A stretch of 64,000 bases of DNA from Naegleria gruberi (lineage: Eukaryota), in the NCBI GenBank assembly GCA_000004985.1, contig GG738877.1. One strand, 5' to 3'. The translations under genes and the position numbers were made by a program. The notes under the pieces were generated by a model, which worked only from the letters and a program-made list of their open reading frames with translations, did no database searches and was not told the DNA's origin. Shown in pieces: positions 9,619-20,593 of this stretch. Positions within the stretch are counted from its first letter, which is position 1. Each line of letters starts with the position of its first letter.

Positions 9619-12574
9619 TCAATCATAAAAGTCATTCAATTTCACCTTCTTACTTCCAAAGTTTGGTGGAATAGATTTGTTTGGAGGAGATGAAGAGCTT
9701 TGGAGGTCATCTAGTGAAAAATCAATAATGATATCATCATCTTCTAAATCGTTTGGAGTATTTGAGGAGGAGGCCCATTTTGGTGGTGGAACATCTGAAA
9801 ATATGAGAGACGGTAAGCTATCGATTCTTCTTGTGGAGCTTACTTCATTATTGGTTGACAATTTCAAAATCTTATCCAAATCCATATGCCCATTTGTTTT
9901 GAAAGCATCCTTGCTCTTTTCTTTCATTTCACTTCTGTATTTGGTGATATCAAAGTTATCTGTTTCAGTATACCTCTTAGTATTACTCATACCAGAGGAG
10001 GATGTAGTTTGATAATGATCTGGAGTATTATCAACAGCAGAATAATCAGCAATTGGCTCGTAAATATCCTCTCCTCCAAGAGGCACAAAATCGTCCTCTA
10101 CTATTTCAATTTCCTCTTCAATATTAACTATTTGCTGAGTTTCTTCCTCCTCTTGTTCATCCTTATCAGATAACACAACTTCCTCATCCTCATCGTCACT
10201 GTCTATTATTCTCCTCTTTTTAAGTTTTAATCCCTGAATCTTTGGTGATTGGACAATTATCTTTTCTCTGACAACTTGAGGAATAATTTGATTAGGAACC
10301 ATTCTCATATTTTTCTCAAAGAACTATCATGTTAACACGAGAATACTAGTAATTATTACAAACCTTCACGTCATTATGATATGGTATTTCCTTCAATGCA
10401 TCAATAAGAACTTTTTTCTGCTTAATGGATTCTTCATAAGCATGTCGTTCTCTACCCTCAGAAAGAAGAGCAACAATGTTACCTTTTCTCTTTCTACCAG
10501 TTCTACCAACTCTCTGAATGAGTCTTGTTGGACTTGAAGCAGAATCATCTATAAAATGTCAAACTCTATTTCAATAGAAAACTTACATAAAACAATCAAA
10601 TCAATTTCTCCAATATCTAAACCCTCTTCACCGATTGGTGTTGATACCAGTACGTTAAAAATACCATCTCTAAAATCGTGAATAATAGATTTTTGCTTCT
10701 TTTGGTTAAATCCTTTCTGGGCCCTTCCTTTGCCTTGTCCAATAAATGGAGAAACTTTCAGAATTTCATGTTTTGAAAGAATTTCCACAATAATATCGAC
10801 AGTTTTTCGGAAAAGTGCAAATACCACTACTTTAGTTTCTTGAGATGCTTTTTGGAAATGTTCCAATATGACTTGTTCCATTTTTTTGAGTTTAGGATGC
10901 ACATATCCCTGACTAATAATCTTCTCACATGCTTGAAGGATGGTTTTGAAAATTGGTTGTTTGATTATTTGATTTCTACTAAGAAGGTATTGTTTCTTCT
11001 TTTTGTCTGTTGTTTCAGTTGTTATATTTTGCAGCGAATCAACAAATAGGGTCATATCTTGGGTGTGTAAATAAAACAGACCTGTATACAGAGCTATCAA
11101 TACTCTATCATATTTAAGAAAAATATTCATGTTGATAACTTACTGAAAATCACCCATATATTTGTAAGCATCCTTTTTTTTACTCTTTAAAAATTCTGGA
11201 AATTCATTAGAGAAGGAAAAGAGTTGAATACTTACTTGTCATAGCTACGTGTAATGCATTCTTAGATAAAGAAGATGGGTCACAATTATAAACTGCACCA
11301 GCTTGAATCAATCTTTCCACAAATGGTCCCACTAATTTATAGAACAAATCTATAAAGATAATTTGAATCTAAATTATGAAATAATTCATTAAAACCTACT
11401 ATCTATTATCACAGAATCTCTATCACGATTACAAATTATCGTCTTAGTTTCTTTTTCATGTAAATATTCTGCTACATCCTTGTCTGATTCATCTCTAACC
11501 TCTACATGAGAAATTCTCAAATTTGTTATCACCTTTTGAATATCGGCATGAGTTTTTCCTGGAGTGGCTGACAATCCCAATACTCTCCAATGATCATTCT
11601 TCTTTCCAATTAATTTTGTAACCACACAATAAGCATGATTACCACTTGCCTTGTGAGCTTCATCAAAAACTACAAGAACTACTTGTCTTGCTGGACAAGA
11701 TCCTGTTTCTAAATCCTTCTCCACACACTCTGGAGTACAAAAGAATACTCGTTTAGTTTTCCACAAATCTACACGCTCGTCAGGAGAAATTCTACCAGTC
11801 AATACAACTGTTTCCTCTTCTGGAATACCCATAATATTGTAACAAGCATTCATTTGCTGATCTACTAGTGATATTGTCTGAAAATTATTGTAAAAAATCA
11901 ATGTAATCTGATTGAATACCTACATGAGCCAAGAAGATAATCTTACCAATTGGAAACCATCTATAATAATTGTACATTACAACACTGGCAATGAATGTTT
12001 TACCTAAAAGTGTCACACTAATGTTCCTAATTCAATACTTACCCAAACCTGTTGGTAAACATACGAGTGTATTAGTTAGAAGAACCTTCTCACAAATTTT
12101 GAACTGATACTTTCTCTCTGTATAGTTGGTTGGATAAATCCAAGTTTTTGCTGCTTCCAAATCAATTTGAGGAAAGCTTTTAGTATTATATTTCAATTCT
12201 TTTAGCTTTTCTTTCTTTTCATTCTCATGTTTTTCCAAAATCAATTCCAATTCATCATCATCAAGATTAATATCATCAATATTAATTCCTACAGTCGAAG
12301 TTGATTGTTTACTTGGAAAGTGATCGGAAATTGTTGTTTGTACATTGGTGATTCCTTTAGAGAGTACAGGTCTTAAATTCAGTGATCTATGATACAATCT
12401 CAAACCGATCGAGTCCTTCGATGATGAAGACTGATTATTTTGATTTCCACTGTTGTTACTATTTACATTATTACTGTCTCCAGAATTAATTGCATCCTGA
12501 TTATTTGAGGAAGCACTTGTCGTTTTCAATAATAACGATCGTTTGTTATTATTACTGTTCGACTTGGAAGACAT
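9619..12574 (-). CDS. FANCM/Mph1/Hef-like superfamily-2 DEAH helicase. Multi-exon gene with at least 6 exons. The N/S-rich N-terminus is followed by helicase motifs I-VI and an acidic C-terminal extension.
   Basis: Motif [10 protein letters not shown] is split by an intron at about 12036. Motif [14 protein letters not shown] and motif [11 protein letters not shown] sit in the exon at 11389-11901. The helicase-C region contains [22 protein letters not shown] and [18 protein letters not shown] in exons at 10380-11130. C-terminal exon is 9619-10308. Introns of 39-95 nt have GTAAGT/GTAGGT donors. Interior exon boundaries are approximate. Confidence 0.7.
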
Positions 12575-12835
12575 TTTTTCTTTGGAGTGAACAACTCTAG
12601 TTTTCTCTGGAATTGTTCAACTAGGAAAAAAACTCTCGAGACTAAAATTCATTCTCTTTAATTTGCACAATATGAATGCATTCAATAAGTACTAGTAATT
12701 TATGAAATTATAATATTAAATAGTTTTCTTTCTTCTCTTGCCTCCTTTCCAAAACCGGTCCGTATATTTTTGTAAAGTTGCTCTACTCTCAAATTTTTTG
12801 TTGAAAATAAAAATACCTCGAATCTAAGCCTTCAA

Positions 12836-14166
12836 ATGCCAGCTGAAAACGTTGAAACTGTTTTGGAACAAACTGTTGATGAAACCATCGACAACCCAGA
12901 CGTCATCAAGAAGTACAAACTTGCTGCCGAAATTGCTAATGGTATGTTCTTATCGTTGGATTAAAGCTAAAAAGAAAATATTTTGCGAATTTTACATTTC
13001 GCGACGTTGCTTTAATATTCTTATTTGATGGAATTTTGTATGATGATAACAAAATAATAATATATTTACATTCTATGATGATAATATAATGGATAATATA
13101 ATGGTATTGATATAACAATAATTATGAATATTTATGAACAATAGAAACCATGAAGCATATTCAAGGTTTGATGAAGCCTGGTGTCAAGGTTATCGAATTG
13201 TGTTCTGCTGGTGATTCTTTCATGGAAGAAAAGATTAAACATGCTTATAAGAAGTCCAAGGGCATGAAGAAGGGTATTGCTTTCCCAACTTGCGTTAACG
13301 TTAACGAAACTATTTGCCACTTCACTCCACTCGACAATACACCAGAAGCTGCTATCACATTGAAGGAAAATGATGTTGTTAGAGTTGATTTGGGTGTTCA
13401 AATTGATGGATTCATCTCCAACATTGCTCAAACTTATATTTTGACTCCAAACGTCGTCTCCGGTAGAGAAGCTGACTGTCTTGCTGCTGTTCAACAAGGT
13501 ATGGAAGTTGCTCAACGTTTGATGAAGCCAGGAAAGACCAACACTGACCTCATTCAAGCCCTCCAAAAGGTTGCTCGTGCTTTCAATGTTAAATGGGTTA
13601 ACGGTGTTTTGTCACACGAAATTAAGAGAGATGTTGTTGACGGAAAGAATGTTATTTTGTTGCACGAAGATGCTGACCAAACTGTTGACGAATTCAAGTT
13701 TGAATCTAACCAAGTTTTCTGTTTGGATTTGGTTGCTTCAACTGGTGATGAAGCTAAGTTGCGTGAAGGTACTTCTAGAACTACTGTCTACAAGAGAGAA
13801 CCATCCGTTCTTGTTGATTTGAAGGTTAACGCTTCTCGTAAGGTTTATGAAGAAATCAAGGATAAATTCGGTGCTGTTCCATTCACTGTTAAGCACTTAG
13901 ATCCTAAGTTGGGCAGAATGGGAGTTTTGGAATTGTTGAACAATAGAATGATTGATCCATACCCAGTTTTGGTTGCCAAGAAGGGTGAATTTGTTGCTCA
14001 ACAAAAGTCAACAATCCTCATTGCTAAGAAGCAAGTCCAAAAGATTACTGGTTTGCCAGTCCAATCATTCCAATCTGAAAAGAGTATTCAAGATGAACAA
14101 GTTCTTGCTGTTTTGAAGACTGATTTGAAGATTGTTCCAGAAGCCAAGATGGACGAAACTGATTAA
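12836..14166 (+). CDS. Proliferation-associated protein 2G4 / EBP1-like (peptidase M24 'pita-bread' fold, non-catalytic methionine-aminopeptidase homologue). Two exons.
   Basis: Exon 1 is 12836-12941 (MPAENVETVLEQTVDETIDNPDVIKKYKLAAEIANG). A 203-nt intron at 12942-13144 runs GTATGT...AATAG. Exon 2 is 13145-14166. The GIAFPTCVNVNETICHFTPL and DGFISNIAQTYIL blocks match the EBP1/MetAP fold. Confidence 0.8.
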
Positions 14167-14202
14167 ATTTCTTTATAAAATAAAAAAAAACTTAATTAAA
14201 TT

Positions 14203-15358
14203 TTATGTCATTTTCTGGAGATACTGAACTTTCCTTAACAACTTTACAGCCCAATCTATTACAGAGTGAATATTATCCACAACTGATTCCATATCTTCCT
14301 CAGTAACAATATCTTGTGTGGGCGAAAGCATTGATTGAGGCATTTGATACAGTACAATTAAATTACAATTCATCTCCACTTGCACAATCTTTACCACCGT
14401 TGCAGTGGAGAGAACAATTTCCATTGATCTTGGTTTGTCATTAACAGCATTCACTAATGAATAGTAAGTCTCACATTAAAAAGAATTGTTAAAATACTTA
14501 CTGATATCAGTTGCATTAGACATTAAGAAATGAGAATATGCTTGAAGGTCCAAATTCTGACTTGTTGAACAAAGGACATCCTTATCTTTGCTTATCAAAT
14601 CTGCACTTATTATTCCTGTTTCATTTCTCACTAATTTGTCGATTATTTTTGAATTCTGTTGTACTAAACTTACATTCATTCAATATTGAGTGAACAATTG
14701 ATAAAAAGGTTTCTCGTAATTTGACTTGAAAAACATAAGGATCGACTCGTAATTGGAATGGTTCTTCACTCTTAATCTCTTCTTCTGACACCATTCCATT
14801 AAATCGTATTCTTGGGTAGAGAGTAATTTCTTTTCCATTCTTATTTGAGAGTGAGGGAAAAACTCTCTGTCCTGTAAAGTAGCTTGATGGTTCCATTCGT
14901 GAATATCCAAACGAATCATGAGTTTGATAATTGGGCAGTGTATTTTGTGTTAATACATCTGATTTTGTTCCTATTTGATTTTGAATTTTTCTTTCTCCTG
15001 GAATTGGTATGTTCGATGTTTGATAGAGAGTTTGCTGCGTGGATTGTTGAAGTTTGGTAGATTCCTCAATATATTTCTGAAGAGTTTGTGTTGCTATGAG
15101 TTTGGGAAATTCATTTCCAACATCAGAATCTGTAATCACAGCACAGAACAATCTTCTAGAACCATCATTTACTATTGTTAAAGCTACTCGTTGCATTTCA
15201 AAATATTCCATTGTATGAAAAAGTTCTCGTTTTCCTTTCACTAAGACGGCAGTGAGAAGGGAGGCCAACATGTTTGAGCTATTACCGACTGGGGTCATAA
15301 ATTGTTTTTCAAACAATTTTACACCCGATTCTGTGGCAATAATAAGATTATGTATCAT
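14203..15358 (-). CDS. About 380-aa protein with an N-terminal longin/roadblock-like fold (possibly a Mon1/Ccz1/HPS-type tri-longin protein or a SNARE-like adaptor subunit). Three exons.
   Basis: Exon 1 is 15358-14674 (ATG at 15358). Intron 14673-14631 is 43 nt with a GTAAGT donor. Exon 2 is 14630-14502. Intron 14501-14454 is 48 nt. Exon 3 is 14453-14203. Splicing joins three separate track ORFs in phase. The N-terminus MIHNLIIATESGVKLFEKQF has a longin-like pattern. Function is uncertain. Confidence 0.5.
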
Positions 15359-15623
15359 AGTAAAATGTGATGAAGAGGTGTGAATAATGATGATGAACAG
15401 ATAAATAATTGTGATCTTGCAAGCCTTAATAAAATTTCAAACTATTTGTCCAATTCCTGATGATTGTTGTTCGAAAGAAATTCTACTATTGTTTTTAAAT
15501 ATTTAGCCAACTTATTCCTGATCCAATTCTCTATTCTCTTTTGTTGTTCTTTTTCAACTTAAATACAATGATGAGGAAGTACAAGTCTATTTTTGAAATT
15601 TTTTTTATTTAAAAAATTAAAAA

Positions 15624-16430
15624 ATGAAAAGATTGACTAGTGCTGCTCTCCAAGTCTCCAAATCATCAAAAGTTGCCAGTTTGGCTTCGATTAGATCCGG
15701 ATTGAGAATTAATTCTTCATCATCTTTAAATAATATTAATCATCAAAATGTTTTTGTTCAAATGTGTAATTTAAATTGTAAATCATCACAACAATTTTTC
15801 CATACCCAACCAATCAAAATGGAAATGGACAAGAGTACTATGGATGGATCAAGAGATATGCACGGAACAACAGTTTTGTGTGTTCGTAAAGCTGGAAAGG
15901 TCTGCATTCAAGCTGACGGACAAGTTACTCTTGGCCATGTTGTCATGAAGGGAAATGCTCGTAAATTGAGACAAATTGGTTCCGATGTTATTGCTGGATT
16001 TGCTGGTTCAACAGCTGATGCCATCACTCTTTTTGAAAGATTGGAAGCTAAACTTGAAGAATATCCAGGACAATTAATGAGAGCATGTGTTGAAATGGCC
16101 AAATTATGGAGAACTGATAAATATTTGAGGAAATTAGAAGCTGTCATGATTGTTGCCGATAAGAATATTACTCTTATTCTTACAGGTAATGGTGACGTTC
16201 TTGAACCAAATGAAGGTGGAGCTAATGATAGTGTTGTTGGTATCGGAAGTGGAGGTCATTATGCTATTTCAGCTGCCAAAGCTCTTTTGGATGTAAATGG
16301 ATTTGATGCTGAACAAATTGCTCAAAAGGCCATGCTTATTGCTGGTGAAATTTGTATCTATACTAACACCAATTTCACAAGATTAACCTTGGAAGAAAAG
16401 GATGGAAAAGTTGAAATTACTGAGAAATAA
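15624..16430 (+). CDS. hslV: ATP-dependent protease subunit HslV (ClpQ), mitochondrial precursor. It has an approximately 70-aa N-terminal presequence before the catalytic Thr.
   Basis: Mature part [34 protein letters not shown]...[15 protein letters not shown] aligns along its whole length to bacterial HslV. The N-terminal extension [28 protein letters not shown] is basic and hydroxylated, like a mitochondrial targeting peptide. Intronless. Confidence 0.9.
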   Translation: MKRLTSAALQVSKSSKVASLASIRSGLRINSSSSLNNINHQNVFVQMCNLNCKSSQQFFHTQPIKMEMDKSTMDGSRDMHGTTVLCVRKAGKVCIQADGQVTLGHVVMKGNARKLRQIGSDVIAGFAGSTADAITLFERLEAKLEEYPGQLMRACVEMAKLWRTDKYLRKLEAVMIVADKNITLILTGNGDVLEPNEGGANDSVVGIGSGGHYAISAAKALLDVNGFDAEQIAQKAMLIAGEICIYTNTNFTRLTLEEKDGKVEITEK

Positions 16431-16482
16431 ACCTTGTAAATTAAATCATGATGAGGAGGATGGACAAAGATTAAATAAAAAA

Positions 16483-16966
16483 ATGCCTATTGACGTAATT
16501 GTTGATTCTCCTGCTGAATTTGATGCCACTGTTCAAGATCAATTGAACAATAATCCAGGTGCTTTGGTTTATGTTTATGTCACCGGAAAGAAAGATGCCA
16601 CTACACAAAAGAGTTGGTGTCCAGATTGTGTTGTTTCAGTATGTTGTTTTTAAATAATTTTCAATCGATTATTAAACATGATCATAGGAACCAATCATTT
16701 ATGAAGATTTTATTCCTGAAGTAGAAAGAGAAGCTTCAAAGAAAGGTGTTAAAGTAATTGTAATCAAGGCTCTCGTTGAAAGATCAGAATACAAGGGAAA
16801 TCCAAGCTATCCATACAGAACACATGCTGATTTGCGTGTGAAAGGAATTCCAACTTTCATTTTGTGGAATGCAAAGGATGAACAAAAGGGAAGAATTGAT
16901 AACTTTGAGGATTTGGATTTACTTGATGCTTTGCGTGTACTTTCAGTCAAGATTGTCAAACAATAA
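16483..16966 (+). CDS. Thioredoxin domain-containing protein 17 (TXNDC17/TRP14)-like thioredoxin. Two exons.
   Basis: Exon 1 is 16483-16638 and contains the KSWCPDCV active-site motif. A 49-nt phase-0 intron at 16639-16687 runs GTATGT...ATCATAG. Exon 2 is 16688-16966. The spliced protein matches TXNDC17 end to end. The track start at 16402 is spurious because it overlaps the hslV tail. Confidence 0.8.
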
Positions 16967-17013
16967 TAATCTGATTTAACTTTTTACAAAATAATTTTAA
17001 TATTCACAATTAT

Positions 17014-19386
17014 TTAATGTTGAGTTTGGCCTCTAGGTGTTGAAAATCTTGGTGTAAGCTTGAGTTGGTCAAAATCTATACTACTTGAGAGAGATTTGCT
17101 GTCAATTGACTTATTCAAAACATCTTTTGCTGTTTCTATTGAATCAGGATTCACTCTCTTCAATAGATATTTACTTCTTTCTAAAAGAGTTCTCTGAAGT
17201 TGTTTCTTTTCGGCCAATTCTTGCTTTCCCTTTTCAATCATTTCAACCTTCTTGTTCTTTTCCTCAATAACAGCTAATGCTTGGAGCTTTTTGAATTCTT
17301 CAACCCTCTTTGTTCTTTCAATTACTTCTGCCTTGTCCATATCTTTTAATCTTTGTTCTTCAGCCTTTCTTTGAGATTCTCTTCTAGCTTTCTCCAAAAG
17401 TTCCTTTCTAATTTGCTCTTCTTTTTGTTGTCTTGTTAAAATCTTTTCAACTTTCTTTTCAGTTTCTTCCTTATTCTTTTGAATAACTTCTAGTCTGTGG
17501 AATTCTCTGTTTTGTTCTTCTATTTTCTTTCTTTGGGTGAGCGTATTCTTTTCATTCTCAAATTTCTTTAATTGGTCTTCTGTCATCATGATTTTTTCAT
17601 TTATCTTATTCAGCTTTTCTTGTTCATTCAATTGTCCTCTTTGTTGTGCTTCTTTAACCTTTTTTTCTTTGCTCATAGCCCTTTGTTTAGTTTGGAGGAG
17701 AATTTTGCTCTTTTGGGTCTCAAATTCTTTCATTCTCTTTTCAAATTGTTCTTGTCTTTCAAGGAGAGATTGCTCTTTCAGTTTTTGATTCTGCTCATCT
17801 CTCATTTGGGTTTGTTTAATCTTATCATCCTTCTTTAACTTTAGCATATCAGTTTTACTCTTGGCATCCCTTAACCTAGCTTCAACTTGTTGTTGTCTTT
17901 TTTCATCTTTTTGATCAACAGATCTTTGCTTTTCAAGTTCTATTAATTTTCTTTCATTTCGTAATCTTTCCAATTCTTGTTGTCTTTCTAGTATGCTTTG
18001 ATCTCTCTTTCTGTTAGCTTCCATTTGTCTTTCCACTCTTTTTTGTCTTTCCTTTTCAATTCTTTCTTCTCTTTCTTTGAGTCTATTTTCTCTTTCTGCC
18101 AGTTTACGTTTTGAATCTATTTCATATTGTACTAAATGTTCAATATAGGTTCTGTTATGTTTGAATTGACTCTCTACCTTATTTTGTTCTTCTATCAGAA
18201 CTCTGTAAGAGTCTTCCATCCTTTCTTCTTCAAAATCAAATACACCTGAAATATCTTCATCCTCTATAATGATCTTTTGTCTTTCTTCCCTGACCATCAT
18301 GAGTTTTTCTTTTCTTCTGGTTTCATAGTGGGCCCATCTCATTTTACCAACCTCTTCAGAGACACCTTTGGTGAATTCTGATTCTGGTTTTTTCAAGAGT
18401 TCTAATGGGGTTATTCCTGTTCTCAAACATGCTTCAATACTTCTAGGAGATGTTAATAAAATTGGTTCTTTTGATTCCTCATCAAAACTTTCCAAACTTA
18501 TTACAGTCTTCCCATTATAACTCATTCCCATAGATTCTAGGGTTCTTTTCACTTCCAAAAAATCAGACATGCTTGCAAATGCTCCAGTTGCACCCTTAGT
18601 TGGAGGAGTAAACATTTTTGAAATTCTTTCTCTTGATTGAGATCTTCTTTTCGAATTCATTGCTCCAGGTCCTGTAGAAAGAGGATGTTTAGGAGAGAGA
18701 AGATTCAAGGACTGTCTTGTTGGAGTTTTTGGAGTTTTCTTTGGTTCATCAAATGTTGGACTGGCAGTAAAGTTTCTTTCAATTCTTTCCTTTTTGTCGA
18801 TAATTGGCTTGTCTGTGGAGTGAATTGGTTTAGATTTTTTAATCTCTTGACTATGGGAAACAGATGGTTGATTGATAGGATATTTTTCGTATCTTTGAAT
18901 AGGTGTTGAAGCTTTTGGTGATCGATTAGGAGGAAGTGAAAGCTTTGGGACAAATGAAGGAACCTTATATTGAGAGTTACCAAATGATGGACTCTCCCTT
19001 CTAATACTGTTTGTTGTTTGGGGGTGTGTTCGAGAAGGTGATGGCAGTCCCACCTTAATCAATGTTTTCGGTTTTTGTATTGCTAGTTTATCATGATAAA
19101 AATCCGAGCTGGAGTTTGCTCTAGGAGTAGATACATCATCAGCACTGAAATCATTACAATCATCCTCATAACTAGAAGTTTGATATTCTTCTTCTGTCTT
19201 TGATGATTCCTTAGTAGAGTTTTCCTCAAAAGATGATGATTGTTGATACTCCATAGTTGAATCCTCAGTTTCTTCTAGCATTGTTGCTGGTTCTTCTTGC
19301 TCACTATAATTATTGATTTCATGTTGAGGCTGAGAGTCTTCCGATGGTTCTTCACCATGGAAAGTCTTTGGCTCAGGTTGTTCCAT
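17014..19386 (-). CDS. About 790-aa coiled-coil protein. The N-terminus is acidic and S/T/P-rich. A conserved globular segment (SIEACLRTGITPLELL...MRWAHYETRRKEK) is followed by about 400 aa of E/K/R/Q-rich heptad coiled coil.
   Basis: Single long ORF. The first ATG is at 19386 (track start 19392 is TTG). Strong charged heptad periodicity. No confident family assignment. Confidence 0.6.
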   Translation of the reverse strand: MEQPEPKTFHGEEPSEDSQPQHEINNYSEQEEPATMLEETEDSTMEYQQSSSFEENSTKESSKTEEEYQTSSYEDDCNDFSADDVSTPRANSSSDFYHDKLAIQKPKTLIKVGLPSPSRTHPQTTNSIRRESPSFGNSQYKVPSFVPKLSLPPNRSPKASTPIQRYEKYPINQPSVSHSQEIKKSKPIHSTDKPIIDKKERIERNFTASPTFDEPKKTPKTPTRQSLNLLSPKHPLSTGPGAMNSKRRSQSRERISKMFTPPTKGATGAFASMSDFLEVKRTLESMGMSYNGKTVISLESFDEESKEPILLTSPRSIEACLRTGITPLELLKKPESEFTKGVSEEVGKMRWAHYETRRKEKLMMVREERQKIIIEDEDISGVFDFEEERMEDSYRVLIEEQNKVESQFKHNRTYIEHLVQYEIDSKRKLAERENRLKEREERIEKERQKRVERQMEANRKRDQSILERQQELERLRNERKLIELEKQRSVDQKDEKRQQQVEARLRDAKSKTDMLKLKKDDKIKQTQMRDEQNQKLKEQSLLERQEQFEKRMKEFETQKSKILLQTKQRAMSKEKKVKEAQQRGQLNEQEKLNKINEKIMMTEDQLKKFENEKNTLTQRKKIEEQNREFHRLEVIQKNKEETEKKVEKILTRQQKEEQIRKELLEKARRESQRKAEEQRLKDMDKAEVIERTKRVEEFKKLQALAVIEEKNKKVEMIEKGKQELAEKKQLQRTLLERSKYLLKRVNPDSIETAKDVLNKSIDSKSLSSSIDFDQLKLTPRFSTPRGQTQH

Positions 19387-19595
19387 TTTCAATTTTTTTA
19401 AATCTTCAGTTGGTTTTTTGGAGCGGATTCAAGTTTTACAATTCAGAGAAGGTCAAAAGGAAGATAAAAAACGAACCACAAATGTTTTCTTTTTTTTTAA
19501 AATTTTTTTCTAACGGGTGACCACTTTGATGCCACATCAACTACTGATGATTAACACTGTGAATGGTTGCTACTGACGATTGCGAAATGAATCAC

Positions 19596-19745
19596 AAAGC
19601 AGATATTTGGCTGATCTTTCTTTAATGCACTCTGTGTATTAAGGCCATTTTTGAACACTTAACAGCCCATGCTCTTGGAAAGCTAGGTTTGAGGTGCATC
19701 TTCTTTTTAAGGTTTGTACTGGCAGGTTGAGTAGTAGCACTATGA
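19596..19745. repeat. Copy A of a diverged ~150-bp non-coding element in the bidirectional intergenic spacer (paired with 20040-20290).
   Basis: Shared cores with copy B: tttaatgca..tattaaggccatttttgaacac matches tttgatgcaatattaagaccgtttttgaacattg, and ggtgcatcttctttttaaggtttg matches agtggttcttctttttaaagtttg. Both copies are locally GC-richer than the surrounding spacer. Confidence 0.45.
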
Positions 19746-20039
19746 TACCTGTTGAAAAGAGATAATAAAGGGATAAAGCAACAAAATCTTAAATTTCTTT
19801 TAAGAAAGTGAAATTCAACTTCTAATCAAGGAAAGTTGACTTTATTTTAATTGAACTTCAAATTATCTTTCTTCAATTCAGGCTTATTTTGATTATTCTT
19901 CAAGTATGGTTGCACTGAAATCTGTTCAATATTGGAAAAAAGTAGATTTTAGTGCAAGATTTTTTCCTAGACTTTTTACTTGAAGAATTTTCATCCAGAG
20001 TTAGAGCTGGATTTTGAGCTGCATAAATGCTACAAAATA

Positions 20040-20290
20040 CTGTTAACTATTAAAGAAAGAAATCGCCTTGCTTTGATGCAATATTAAGACCGTTTTTGAA
20101 CATTGTGGCTTGCATTCCTTATCGTCTATGCATTCTTTCATCAAGTGCATTACAGTTATTAAACAATACACTCATCACCAACGGTCGTGATTCTGAATTA
20201 GAGAAGTGGTTCTTCTTTTTAAAGTTTGAGCGTTGAATGACAGGGCATGTTTTGGTCAGATTACGATTTTATTACATTTCATTCCCTTGT
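20040..20290. repeat. Copy B of the same diverged non-coding element.
   Basis: See copy A. It lies about 300 bp upstream of the HEAT-repeat gene ATG. Confidence 0.45.
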
Positions 20291-20593
20291 GTTACTTGCT
20301 GATCTTTTATGTGTAGCGAAAGAGATAATCAAATTTACATAGTAATCAAAAGAAAAAAGAGTGCCTATTCATTTGGCCTTTATTAGCTCAGCCATTTAGT
20401 TGAAAAGCTTTTAAATTAGTGGTTCATGATTTGAGGAGGAACGCAAACAGAACGATAGGAGCATCGTGCCTCAAACTTTTTCATTTACTTTTTAATAAGA
20501 TAAACCTACCAAAATAATTCTATTACACCCGCGTCTGTACATTCCATTGGCGGGAAGTCTTCTATTGAACACAATTATCAGCTGCTATAAAAA

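Noticed and set aside
12936-13118. 60-aa minus-strand ORF (MLYQYHYIIHYIIII...)
   Set aside because: It lies entirely within the 203-nt intron of the EBP1-like gene and is made of AT-rich intronic sequence.
16402-16482. Track-annotated start (16402) of the thioredoxin-like gene overlapping the hslV stop
   Set aside because: That frame only opens inside the hslV coding tail. The conserved TXNDC17 alignment begins at the ATG at 16483, so the upstream extension is an ORF-caller artefact.
20040-20110. Possible U2 snRNA-like 5' sequence 'atcgccttgctttgatgc'
   Set aside because: It lacks the invariant U2 branch-point-interaction sequence GUAGUA and the Sm site. The similarity is limited to a few bases.
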